NCBI GenBank assembly: GCA_951406725.2
Contig: OX597814.1
Coordinates: 92,008,001-92,072,000 of the forward strand
Direction: 5' to 3'
From: Octopus vulgaris
Taxonomy: Eukaryota
DNA: 64,000 nt
Position numbers and translations under genes: made by a program. The number at the start of each line of letters is the position of its first letter. Positions within the stretch are counted from its first letter, which is position 1. The notes beneath the pieces are model-generated. The model made no database searches and was not told the origin of the DNA. It worked only from the letters and a program-made list of their open reading frames with translations. Positions 14,935-27,110 of the stretch are shown in pieces.

Positions 14935-15430
14935 ACATATGAGGGATTAGTTCGCAGGTGATCTAAACGATTATGTACGCTAAGTAAGTGCTGTAACGGA
15001 TTACTAGGGCTGAGATCAGTGAGGCCGATAATGATAATGACAGTAATAATAATAATGGTAACGCTGACGATGATATTGATACTAGAAACGACAGCAATAA
15101 TAACAGCAATATCATGATCGATTCAGCTAATACTACCCTAACCACTACCAGCATTACTTCAGCTCTCTCTCCAATTAACCATCGTAGAACTAATAGCTGA
15201 AATTGCCGATCCGGGACAGACTTGTCGGTGCAAGCCCAATACAGAAGATTCAGCGTAGTATACCAATGCACCGTTCACAACATAGTAAATAACTCCTATA
15301 GCTACTACATCGGACTTACCACAAATTTTAAACAAAGATATTATGCGCATTTAAAATCGTTTAAATATAAAGAGAATAGCAATTCCACATCACTAGCCAG
15401 GCACGTACACAATCTAATTAATAGAAAAAT
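14935..15430 (+). mobile_element. Naiad-type PLE fragment (Asn-rich linker + GIY-YIG)
   Basis: *NCR, VVYQCTV, YYIGLTTNFKQRYYAHLKSF and NSTSLARHV match the Naiad GIY-YIG pattern. Confidence 0.75.
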
Positions 15431-15585
15431 GGAAGAAAAAAATAAAAAGATGGAAGATTCGTTTTATTATCCATTATATGTGTATGTGTGTGCGAATATA
15501 TACACACACATATATATACAGACATATATATACGTCTGAATAAACATTCTTGTATACATATCTATATCTATATGTGTCTACGTGC

Positions 15586-15634
<49 letters not shown>

Positions 15635-15639
15635 CGCCA

Positions 15640-15871
15640 TGTTGGATCGTTAGCCCCTACAGGCAATTTTTTCTCTCCTTGTTTCTCTCCTTGTTTCTTT
15701 TCTGTGTATCTTTCTGTCGAAGAGCGTAGTCTCGAAACGTAAAAGACTTGTTTTATTTCTATTCCTGAGTGCCATACTAATACATTGTTTGTTGTACTCC
15801 ACCTACCTTCATCTCTTGTTTATTTTCGTAAACCTGCCTTCGTCTTTTGTTTATTTTCGTAAACCTTCCCG

Positions 15872-15872
<1 letters not shown>
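15640..15872 (+). mobile_element. Solo PLE pseudo-LTR with hammerhead-like motif
   Basis: Collinear with 35990-36183, the terminus of the Neptune element. Contains CTGTCGA-A-GAGCGTAGTCTC-GAAACGTA. Bounded by TA repeats. Confidence 0.8.
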
Positions 15873-15918
<46 letters not shown>

Positions 15919-15920
15919 TA

Positions 15921-16775
15921 TACGTGGTCTGATCAATAAGTATCCGGACTGATGCTACAGTAACGACGCTAAAGCATGTACACTGAGGATGATTGGGACT
16001 GACCTTGAACTCTGCTGTGCATGTGCGCTAAGTTTTAACGTTCTAGGTCACGTCTGTTGTTTACAGAAGTGTTCGGAATGAGGGTGTGTAGCGTGTGATC
16101 GTCGCATTGACCATGGCAGAGGAAGCTGAACAGAGAGTCTGCAAACATTTTGCCAAAAGCTTGGCGATAGCTGCTCCGATGGCTACGCAAAGTTTTCAAA
16201 AATGTTCATCGTTCTCGACACAATTAAGATATTGTTCAACTGACACCCGACTGTCTTTTTGGTCAGCTAAAAGCAGTTTTGTCCCCAACTTGGCAGACAC
16301 GCGTCCCATACCCAAATCTTCAGTGATAATGATCTGAACTGAACCCTAACTAATCTGCACACCCTCTGATAACTCATGGATGGGATGGTGATTCGACGAT
16401 TTGCCCTCTCAGCTGCATGCACATTTGCAATGTTTTTCTCAGTTCTGCTTGCTGCTGGTCTCCCAGAATGTTCGGCAATATCGCTATTTTTCAGCCATGT
16501 TGGAAACGTCGGAAACACTCGTAAGCTTGCGTGAGCTTCAAATACTCCTTTCCATAGGCCACTCGACAGGTGTCGCTATGAAAATGCTTTCTCTCATGGT
16601 CAATGCGACGATCATACACTACACAACTTCCTCCCTAGCACTGATATAAACAGCGAATGGGACTTGAATGTTCACAGCAGAGTTCAAGGTCCATCTTTGC
16701 CAAACGGCTTTACTCTGTGTGATTTAGCTTCGTTACTATGACAACAGTCTGTATACTTATTGATCAGCCCTCGTG
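15921..16775. mobile_element. Mariner derivative made of two inward-facing 5' ends
   Basis: TIRs at both ends. ATG at 16113(+) begins MAEEAEQRVC. ATG at 16597(-) leads to HSGRP..RRITI..EDLGMGRVSAK. Both arms share 5' UTR sequence gatcgtcgcattgaccatg. Confidence 0.85.
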
Positions 16776-16813
<38 letters not shown>

Positions 16814-17440
16814 CATGTGTGTCTGTGTGTCTGTGTTATACGATATAGGCACAATGAGCAGATATGAGAGAGTTAAATATTTACGCGGCTGGAAAGGCAT
16901 GGTAGGAGAACGAGATGTTCAGGTTTTAAAAAGATAGAAATACAGGGTGATGCTCTCGAAGGAAAAGGCAATTACACACAAACACCGAGAGATAGAGATT
17001 GATTGCAGTATGAAACATTAGTTTCATGTTTAACGTCTCAGTATATACTTTATTGGCGAACTTAAGCTGTAACATGATTTCTCTTTCTCTTTCTCTCTTT
17101 CTCTCCCTCTGTCTCTCTCTCTCCCCCGAAATATATATATATATATCGATTTGTCTACCTGCTATCAATCTGACTCTAACCATCAGCACGAACGCACACA
17201 TATACATACCCAGCCTCATGTATATCGCTGTGTATGAATAAGCGTACGAATGTTTGCGTATGGCTTTCTTTCGTATTTTATTATTGTCTCCTTTGTAGTA
17301 TTGGTTATTTTTGTCAAAATCACAATACCATGTTTAAATAGCGAATGTGCAGAAACAAGCAGAACTGATATATATCAACTTCTCTCTCTTTCTCTCTCTC
17401 AAATATACATATATATATATATATATAAATACATACATGC

Positions 17441-17472
<32 letters not shown>

Positions 17473-18790
17473 GTGTGTAATATATATTTATAATATATAC
17501 ACAATACATATATATATGCGCATATATATGTGTGTGTGTTTGTGTGTGTGTAGACAAACATATATTTATGCAGAATAAAAGAGAGAAAGGAAGAGAGAGA
17601 TAGACAGATCGTCAAACAGCCAGCCAGCCAGACAGATAGATAGATAGATGGCTACATACATACACACATACATGCATACATACGTACATGCGTACATACA
17701 TAGCTATATGCTGCCAAATAAATAACAATATATAAGGAGCTGTAGAAATAGGGTAGTGTGAGAAAATTGTAAGGTAATCAATATACATAGAAGAATATTC
17801 TGCGACAAAAGATTACAGGAAACACGACACCAACTTGATATATACTCATTTTCATTCGTTACATTCTGATCTCATCATTGTAAAATGCTTTTGATTTTGA
17901 GGAATGAGGCATAATAAAATACCCAACATATATGAATGCAATATATTACTGTCATATTATAAATTCCGAAACGGGCATCCCAATAACCCACATTGCATAA
18001 ACATCTAGCCAGACGCATAAAAATGGTTGGAAACTTCTAAATTTGAGTGTATATCAGATAAAGGAAAAAAATTGTAGTTTAGGCGTTAAGTTCTGAAGTT
18101 GTGCAGAAGTTTAGAGAATTGATGTGTTAGAAAAGCCATAAACAACTTTCTGAAAGTGGAAGCTAACAGACTGAATCAGTGATACTAGTGTTAGAGATGA
18201 AACAAAAACATGCGTACACAGACACATATAAATGTATGTGCATATTTTCCCCTGAATTTGTGTGAATGTGTATAGAATAATATATCAATTGAATAAAGTT
18301 AAATTATGGGCTGGATTTCGCGTTTTTTTATTATAGTATTTTAACATTAAAATTCAATTAGCGCTTTTATACGTTCGTAGTTATCCTAGATTTCAAGATG
18401 TAAAGCTGATGTCAGAAGAAAGGTAAAGAAAAAATGGTTTACTAAAATGTTCAAACCTGTTCTGAACGGAAATAACAACAATAATATAACAACCAGTTAA
18501 TGATGTGGATTAAAACATTATCTTTAGCTTATGAATATAAGCAAATTCCAGAATATCGCTACGCCCAGCAAACCGTGACGTTTAAGCTGTCAAAACCGTA
18601 TTCCAAAACTTCAGCTTGTTGGAACGTTCGAAGACCGTTCTTAGTTGTCAAGAACGCAACTGTCAGTTAATTACATTTTGAAATCAGATGATTACTACGA
18701 ACGTATGAAAAAGCTGATTGAAGCTTAATGTTTAAATACCATAATAAGAAAGTGAAAAACAGACCTTGTTTTAATTGATTTAAATATATA

Positions 18791-20612
18791 ATTCTTTAAT
18801 TCTTTAAATTCTTTAAAATATTTCAGTTTCAAAGCTGTGGTCGTTACTGAGCTACACCATTATTGGTTACCTTCTCTGAAATGTGACATTTTGTCAATGA
18901 GGAATCTTGATGCCGCTGCCCTCATCTTTGTTTCTTGCTGCGAGGTAGACTCGTCAGGAACCTTGACAGGAAGAGATTCAGTTTTGTTTTAAAGTAACTT
19001 ACATCCACACCATGCATGTCTCTCGGGCATTTTGGAATGATATCAAGAGCTGTGGGCTCTTGAAGTCAAAGCTGTTACAGTATCTGGTCCTGTATTTTAA
19101 TGGCGACACTGGGATTTTTGGCACTATGCAGTGGCGTCCCGTTCTGCAATTTGTGTAACTTTCAATGCTAAAGTTTGGTACAATTCCTTCCAGGATTTTC
19201 CAGATGTATATCACTGCATATCTTTCCCGTTCTAGGGAGAAGAGTTTTAATTCTTTCAGATTTTCCCAGCAGCGGATACGCTGCATTGAGAGGATTTTCT
19301 TAATGTAACTTCCTTCGATTGCTCCGAGTTCCGCCGAGAATTTTATATTGTGCGGTGAACATAGTCGGGAGCAGTAATCCAGGCGGCTGAGGATGTATGT
19401 CCTCCAAATCACCATCAATGTTTCCTTTTCTCTTGTTTTGAAAGTTGGGAGAATCCATCCACCTAGCCGTCTGCATTTTAGTATCAGATTGATAATATGC
19501 ACTTGGAAAAAAAGCGGTGAGCTGGCAAAAACGTTAGCACGCCGGGCGAAATGTTTAACGGTATTTCGTCTGCCGCTACGTTCTGAGTTCATATTCCGCC
19601 GGGGTCGACTTTGCCTTTCATCCTTTCGAGAGTCGATAAATTAACTACCAGTTACGCACTGGGGTCGATATAATCGACTTAATCCGTCTGTCCTTGTTTG
19701 TCCTCTCTGCGTTTAGCCCCTTGTGGGTAGTAAATAAATAGGTATTTCGTCTGTTTGTACGTCCTGTGTTCGAATTCCACCGAGGTCGACTTTGACTTTC
19801 ATCCTTTCGGGGTCGATAAATTGTGTACTGGGGTCGATCGAATCGACTGGCTCGCTTACCCAAAATTTTGCGCCTTGCACTAATAGCAGAAAAAAATATG
19901 CTCTTGAAAAGATGCGTCATTACCCTTGTCAATGCCCAGGTCATGCACTGATTTTCATTCAGGGATTGCAATTCCTCCCGAGCCAGTTTATCCTGTCTGC
20001 ATGTCGTTTAGCTGTGTGTGCTGGTAGGGAAGTGCCTGAAAATTTCCTGCATTAAACTGCATGTTGTCGTCCTCAACCCACCTGTATATTGCGTCCAACT
20101 CCTGTTGCTGATGTGCAATATTTTCAGGATTGTGTATTGTCTGGAAGGCTTTTGTGTCATCTGCATAGTTAGCAAGGGTGGCTATCTAAGCTGCTGAGGG
20201 CATGTCTAAGAGGGCCACGATAAATAGCACTGGCTCTAAGACAGTGCCCTGTGGAACACCACTTGATATTTTTGTTTCCTTAGAGGTGGCTTCTTTGGTC
20301 ACCACTGCCTGACGTCTCTTAGAATGTCGTGCAACCACTCTCCAAGTTTTCCGCCCTACGCCGAGATCACGCGGTTTGTGATATAACTTACCATGGTCAA
20401 CTTTGAAAATGGCTTTTGCAAAGTCAAGATATATCACAATCCACGCTTGAGGCATTTAGTAGTTGTTTCAACACCCAGTCGTAGTGTTGCAAGAGCTGTG
20501 TTAGCTTCTACTTGATCGCAATACGTACTGAGTGCCAGTCAGCAAGCCATATTCTTCAAGGAACGCGATTAGTTTCTTGTGGACTATTTATTCCATGATG
20601 TGTGGTGTCGGA
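18791..20612 (-). mobile_element. CR1/L2-group LINE, 3' half, interrupted by a SINE
   Basis: VIYLDFAKA..KVDHG, SGVPQGTVLEPVLF, NYADDTK, SRLDYCS, LFSLERERYAVIYIWKILEG and (TAAAGAAT)n tail. Confidence 0.9.
19514..19895 (+). mobile_element. Nin/Deu-domain tRNA SINE (family B), dimeric
   Basis: GCGGTGAGCTGGCA head, GAGTTCATATTCC B-box-like motif and Nin core GCCTTTCATCCTTTCG(G/A)GGTCGATAAA present twice. Imperfect TSD aatatgc(a/t)cttg(g)aaaa. Confidence 0.88.
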
Positions 20613-20680
20613 GATATTATCATCACTTACATGAAATTCAAAGAGATCAACGCAGTAGTTTGTACTGACAAGTAATATTT

Positions 20681-20925
20681 GTAGCCACTTTAAGATGGCT
20701 GCCCGTTCGAGCGGACTCTACTGCGACTTTTTAACCCCAAGATTACACCTTCTCTTGGTGGTTAATGATGCACAGCTGCATCCAATATAATTGTGAGCAG
20801 GGGAACGGACCTCTACCATCTTTGATGCAACTGTACACCGTTAACCAGCTATAGGAGATGTCCTCTTAGGGTTAAAAGATCGCAGTAGAGCCTGCTCAAA
20901 CGGACAGCCATGTTAAAATGGCTGC
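20681..20925. repeat. Long inverted repeat (about 100-bp arms, about 40-bp spacer)
   Basis: 20681-20782 is a diverged reverse complement of 20824-20925. Confidence 0.9.
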
Positions 20926-20989
20926 GATTGTACTTTATTCAACCCATTCACGTTGTACATCAATAGGAACTAAAATATTTTGTCCTAAT

Positions 20990-22230
20990 AATTTTAAACT
21001 AATGAGAAATGTAAATAAAACTATGATGAAATTATAAGATTTTTCTAGAAATGCATCGAAGATCGTCACGTTCTCTTCTACTGTGAGTTCCTATATCTGC
21101 ACGCACCAATGACCATATATAGTCCCCCATCATTCCTTGGTAATCATTGTAGCAATATCGTGATCGAGTCTCTCACCATCTTCCTCACTCACTTGGTCCA
21201 AGTTTTCACGAAAAAGGTCTAAATGCGAATACAAAAGTGTAACTTTAACGACATTGTACAGCCTAAATTCTTATAACTCTCAATAGGTTTTGCTACGGGC
21301 TGCCTGTAGGTCTTTGTTATTACCAAGGAATCTTATTATAATTAGATTAGACCCTGTAATTCAAGTATAAGAAGGCAAGCATTTTAAACTCATCACGAAG
21401 ATCCCATTTAAACTTATCATCGTTTACTTACTCAAGAAGACTTTTTACGTTGTCATATTCTTCATTTAGTTGTACTGAGAATGCAATAGGCAGGGATGAA
21501 TGCTGATTTCCATTGTGTATACAAAGTTGCCATTCTTCAGGGCTGTGATCAATTCCAATAGCTGTAAACAAGCCATTTATATCTTTGCAGAAGCAGAAAT
21601 ATTCACGTATGCCGAAGTATACTTCGAATTCCTCATGGCGCTTCCTTATACTGTTAATTTACAGTCCTTCGCCAAGCGATTCCATTCATTTCGCCTGGAT
21701 AGTAAAAGCTCAGCACCTGATGGGATCATTCTAATGGAATCATCCAGTTCACGTTGATTTGGAAAGTGTGGGCAGGTACTTGTTCCTGGCTCAAATTTTT
21801 CCTCCATTTCTTCATTGTCGCCACCTTCAGACTACCCTGCTGAAACCTCCATCATATCTTCTGCCTGAAAAATTTAAAAGGTTGCATTTAATAGTTGAAA
21901 CTTTAATAGGAATTTTATGTGTAATCATATATTACTTCAATATTAATTCTGTTACCATGAATGAAATTTAAATTTGTTATTAACAATTTGACAGGATGTA
22001 CTAAGATTTTCTGGCGGCCGTGCAACCGGTGTTATCATTATGTAGCACAGTTATGGTATTTTCGCCCTCGCCAAACTCTCGGAAGAGTAAAAGGCATTGC
22101 TTAGCTTGCACCTCTAAGCCATCTATCTAAATTTGACCTACCAGTTCCACATATCACATGAGGGGCCCATATATGTTATCAAAAAGCGGTAATAGCACAA
22201 AAGAACGAAGCAATTAATATTTCTCAATTA
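20990..22230 (-). mobile_element. Chapaev3-like (CMC) DNA transposon remnant
   Basis: WAPHVIC..MPFTLPRVWR, AELLLSR..WN, LPIAFSVQLNEEY and LGCTMSLKLHF.SHLDLFRENLDQVSEEDGERLDHDI..MMGDYIW motifs, with deletions. Family name recalled from these motifs. Confidence 0.72.
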
Positions 22231-23249
22231 AAGTAAAAAATCATTAATCATTCTTGTTATATTTTCTTTTAGAAATGTGTATGATGAAGATCGATAAGGT
22301 GTCATGATGTGGTCGATATGATATCGATGATTTTCATGAAGGAGTTAATTATATAAATAATGTGCAAGCTCTTGCTTCACGCAATTCGGTTTTCTGGGTC
22401 GATCGCTGCACAATAATGTGCAGCTACTTAATAATTATTATATCTCTACTATTGCTAGAACATCTTTCACAATCTGTTTGCAATTGTATCTTCTTATAAT
22501 GACTGACATAATTTAACTATATAATGATATATTTTTTTTCTTCACTGCATAATTATTTCTAGTAAGAATATTAAATTTGCTACCAAGAACTTAAATTTGT
22601 GTGTATTGTCATTTGCCATAAAATAATAGTGGAGTAAACATTTCAACTGCGAGTTTGTTATTGTAAAATGGAGCTATCAAGAAACATGATAATTGAACAG
22701 CATTAATATAAAGCGAAAGTGTGTATTGCATAAACTTTTAATGTAAACGTAAAACAATCCAAAATATAATTTTACCTCCTTTAGAAATGTAATGTATATA
22801 CATGCGTATTTCTTAACGTTTTCCTTCATTTTTGGTTGCTAGTCTAAATTATAAAGTCTAAGATTCTCAGGTAACAGGATAACTTAATTGATTTTATTCT
22901 AAGAATATTTGTAGCGAAGAAAGTTTTAAAGCAGTTTCCTGTTGTGGCCACATTCTGTTGAAGAAATGCACAGACTAAATTTAATACCAAGAACTTAGTA
23001 TCTTTAGAAAAGTCACGAAACATTTACTGATAAAAGAATTTCGTTAGGATCTATTTGCTACACTATAATAAAAATAATACTCCACCAACAACTTTCTAGT
23101 TCAGGTGTACACAACTAAAACCGTGCTATTAAAAGACAAACCTTTTATCCAGAATACGCAGGTTTTTATATTTAAAATTGATTTAGAACAAAAAGATTAA
23201 CTAGAATATAAAGTAAAAACTATGATAGTAATGGTCGCAGCATTAAAGA

Positions 23250-23566
23250 AGTCAAGATGTTACAAATCACAGGTTTCATCATGAATTGTGCATTAATTTT
23301 TATTTATTCATTTATTTATTTATTTTCCGTTCAGCGTATGATAGATTTATATCTGCATGGAATAGACAGCAGTTTGCTTTTAGCGCAATTCGAACAAAAA
23401 AAAAACTTTCAATTTCACTGATGACCAGGTGAACTGATAAAAAGAAGATTTGTGTCTGTCGCGAAACAGAAACAATATATTGTGAGAAATGTGAATGCAA
23501 TAGTCACGAACTAAATTCATACATTTGTATTAATGTCAGTTTTGATGTAACAATGTGCGGGGTTAA
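23250..23566 (+). mobile_element. Possible piggyBac 3' remnant
   Basis: Cys-rich KKICVC..TIYCEKC..H..YIC followed by GGGG|TTAA. No left end found. Confidence 0.4.
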
Positions 23567-24399
23567 AAACATTATTCCTCTCTGTTAAGCGCTCGAATAC
23601 CGACAGTCTGGAATATTCTTTATGATCGTAGGAAACGATGATAAAAATACATTTATTACTAATGAAGTGAACTGTTTGTTACTATACTACTTTACATGCA
23701 CGTATCTTCTGAAAATACATCTAAATGCAACAGAAAGAATATGCCTTTCTCTTACGTTTTCCTCGAAAGTAATTTGAATTGGCTCTCTTCGTTATGAGAT
23801 GTAGCCAAGAGACGATCAGCTCTGGCGCAAGTAAAAGCTAGTTTCCAATCTAAACCACGAATGACCTAATTCAGTTTCTTGTTTTTTTTTTACTTAATGT
23901 TAAGTGTCTTGGAACAAGCCCATTTGGACAAATAGTTGTAAGAAATGTTAAAGCTTACGGGCTCCAACACTGATAGGCGAAAGGAGATTCTTATTCATAC
24001 GGCAGACTACTTGCGCTACATTTCTCACAGAGAAACTAAGCTGGAAACACACAAGTGAGAGGTGGTGATGTTAAAATACACGACGTGTGTCTGTCACCCA
24101 AAAAGGAGAATGAATTCTCCTACTGACATTCTTACAGCGTAAGTTAACGAAGTATCAGTTGCAAGCATTTAAACAATACAGTAATATGTATTTCCAAAGC
24201 AAACTTGATATCTACACAACTATGCTCGGTTATATTCGTGATTTTGTTCATTACACTGTCTCCAAAGCTGCACAATCAATGATGTCTGTCGTACTTTGCA
24301 GGTGTAAATTACAAAACGTATACTGATACTACCAGAAAAGCACTCATTTCCACCCATATGCACCGCCAAGCAACTCATTTCCACCCATATGCAGGCCCA

Positions 24400-24917
24400 A
24401 TTTCCCAAACCAACGCCGCCAAAAACATAATTTCCTTGAGGGGAGGGGTAAAAACAAAATAAAACAGCCATATGATTTTGAAAAAAAACCTTTAAAAACA
24501 GGAATCATCTGAAGCTTTTTGAGTCGATACCAATAGTCAAAGCTTCTCATATCATCATCCCCAGACCTCCCTCAAGCAGCTCATTTTAAGATAGATACAC
24601 GAGTAAAATTACTAAAACGAAAATAAACTTTTGAAACAGAAACGCCACCATAGGTTACGTGCAAATGATGAACGTGTCTTCAAGGGAGATAATCAAAGAA
24701 TGTAACATTGTAATACTTCATGTAAAATAAATATAACAAAGGAAAAATCCTTCAAGAATCCTTACAAATTCCAGGATAACTACCGAAATTTTATCATCTG
24801 TTCCTTATAAGTTTCATCAAATAACGTTCATAACTTTTTGAGTTATTTGCACATAGACGGACAGACTGACAAACCAACGCCGATGAAAACATAACCTCCT
24901 TCCTTGGCGGAGGTAAT
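24400..24917 (-). mobile_element. Helentron-associated non-autonomous element (HINE/DINE-like), partial copies
   Basis: 24505-24917 closely matches 26680-27110. Terminal hairpin ACCTCCttccttggcGGAGGT. A second degenerate terminus lies at about 24410-24452. Confidence 0.75.
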
Positions 24918-25056
24918 TGAATCGCTTTTAAATTCGAACACTAGTAGAAAATATATAGTGACTTAAGTATGCAGAGTCTTAAGCACAGAAAAATAGAAGT
25001 GTTAAGCTTCTCAATATCTATAATTACAAATTTTGTTACACACAAACAGGCATTAT

Positions 25057-25128
<72 letters not shown>

Positions 25129-25133
25129 TGTGT

Positions 25134-25165
<32 letters not shown>

Positions 25166-25511
25166 TTCAAATTTTGACACAAGGGCAGCCATTTCTTGTG
25201 ATAGGAAGCCGATTACATCGACCCCAGTGCTCAGCTGGTACCTGTTTCAGCGCACCCGAAAGGTCGAACAAGCAAAGTCGATTCCGGTGACATATGATCA
25301 CGTAATATAAAGTCTGAAGAAATGACGCTCGGCATTTTCTTTGGAAATATATATATTATGTACAATAAACAATTTCAGTAATTACGGAGAATTTCTATTG
25401 TAATATTTATTTATTGAGGATGCTAAAGTGCAAGTGACTCTATTAATGACAGCATTTATGAGAAGGTAATTACTGCTAACATGGAGATAAATTTTTCCAA
25501 TCAGAGTTAGG

Positions 25512-27110
25512 AAACAAGAAAATCACTCGGAGAGCGCAGACCTCCGGCAAACCAGAAGGAGCAGCACTACGACGTCGACGACCACCATCACCACCACTAC
25601 CACCATATCACAATCACCACCGCAACTATCTTACCACTATCACCACCACCACAACTACCAAAATCAGTAGCAGCTTTGTCATTGCTTCCACTTGAACCAC
25701 ATACACCGCCATCAACGTTATCATGGCAGTTACCTTGACAGTCACTTTCACCACCACAGCCATTACAATGCCAACATCACACAACTAACATTATCATCAA
25801 CACCTCTTTTACCACCATCACCTCAGCATCAAACATCACGCCACTCCTGTCGCCATTATAACCGCCAATACTATTTTATCCTCCTCCCATACTTATCTTG
25901 ACCATCGTCATCATCAACACTCTCTCTGCTTTCACCACAATCACCGTAAAAAAATCGATCACCACAATTACCTTCTTTACACAGTTGAAAATCAATTATC
26001 CGATACTCATGGGACCGAGATTGTTGCAGATTTTTTAATTTTCTAATTTCGGAGTTCTTTATTAAAAAACAATTGCATCTACAAAGCGAAACAGTTTGAG
26101 GATAGAAACCAAGTCTAAACACAATAGCTTATAGACATACTCTGAATGTAGTTCTATATAAATCTTTAATAATTATTTTTATGCTTAAGACCATCAGAAA
26201 TGTTAAGATATCAGCCTCTAACCACGTTGTCATGCTTTGATTAAAAGGTTACAGCATAGAGTAGATTACTTAGATAAGTTTCGGTTGAAGTTGACTCGGG
26301 CCATGTCTAATTTAATAGCACCACCTAGAAGAGATACACAGTCAGCTCTGAGGAACCCATTCATGCAGAGGGTTATTGTTTTCAGAGACATATCTGGGTG
26401 TGGGTGGTTTATCTGGTATGTGATGTGGGTAATCATCTAGGGATCGTTTGAATGCAGTAAATCAGTTCCCTCCTTCATGTGTGCCTGTTGAAGAGAGCTG
26501 GGCCAATTGAAGTGAAATAGTTCTGTCATAGTGTTGTGATACAACACGAACATTTCTGTAGTGGACGGATGGCACGGGGACCAAGCCTAGGACGAATTTT
26601 AAAGATGGGCAATGTTGTTGGAATATTTTTCACATCATACAGATGATATAGAGCTTACAGCGGCGGTGGAGGGAGCAAAGCCTGAGATTTTTTAGTCGAT
26701 CCCAATAGTCGAGGCTTATCATGTCATCGTCCCCAGAACTCCCTCAAACAGCTCATTTTAAGATAAATACTCGACTAAAATTACTAAAACGAAAATAAAC
26801 TTTTGAAACAGCAACGCCACCATAGATTACATGCAAACCATGAACGTGTTTCCAAGGGATATAATAAGAGAACGTAACATTGTAATACTTCATGTAAAGT
26901 AAATACAACAAAGGAAAAATCCTTCAAGAATCCATAAAAATTCGAGGATAACTACCAAAATTTCATCATCCGTTTTGTGTGTCATTACCAACATTTCCTG
27001 AAAGTGTCATCCAGTACCGTTTACAACTTTTTGAGTTATTTTGCACAGAGATGGACAGACATCAAACCAACGCCAATGAAAATATGATCTCCTTCCTTGG
27101 CGGAGGTAAT
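25512..27110 (-). mobile_element. HINE/DINE-like element with both termini
   Basis: subTIRs ACCTCCGGCAA (25540) and TTGGCGGAGGT (27098). Stem-loop cactcggagagcg near one end. Internal (ACC/ATC)-rich tract. Confidence 0.7.
26262..26640 (-). mobile_element. CR1/L2-group LINE 3' end nested in the HINE
   Basis: YIICMM.KIF, PRLGPRAIRP, FTSIGPALFN and FKRSLDDY..IPDKP, then tail ggtggtgct..catggcc..gaaac. Confidence 0.75.

Noticed and set aside
18390-18422. 33-nt AG..GT microexon candidate
   Set aside because: Splice signals are mediocre and there is no recognisable protein similarity.
22273-22350. Exon after strong acceptor tattttcttttag
   Set aside because: Stops occur early in all three frames and there is no supporting homology.
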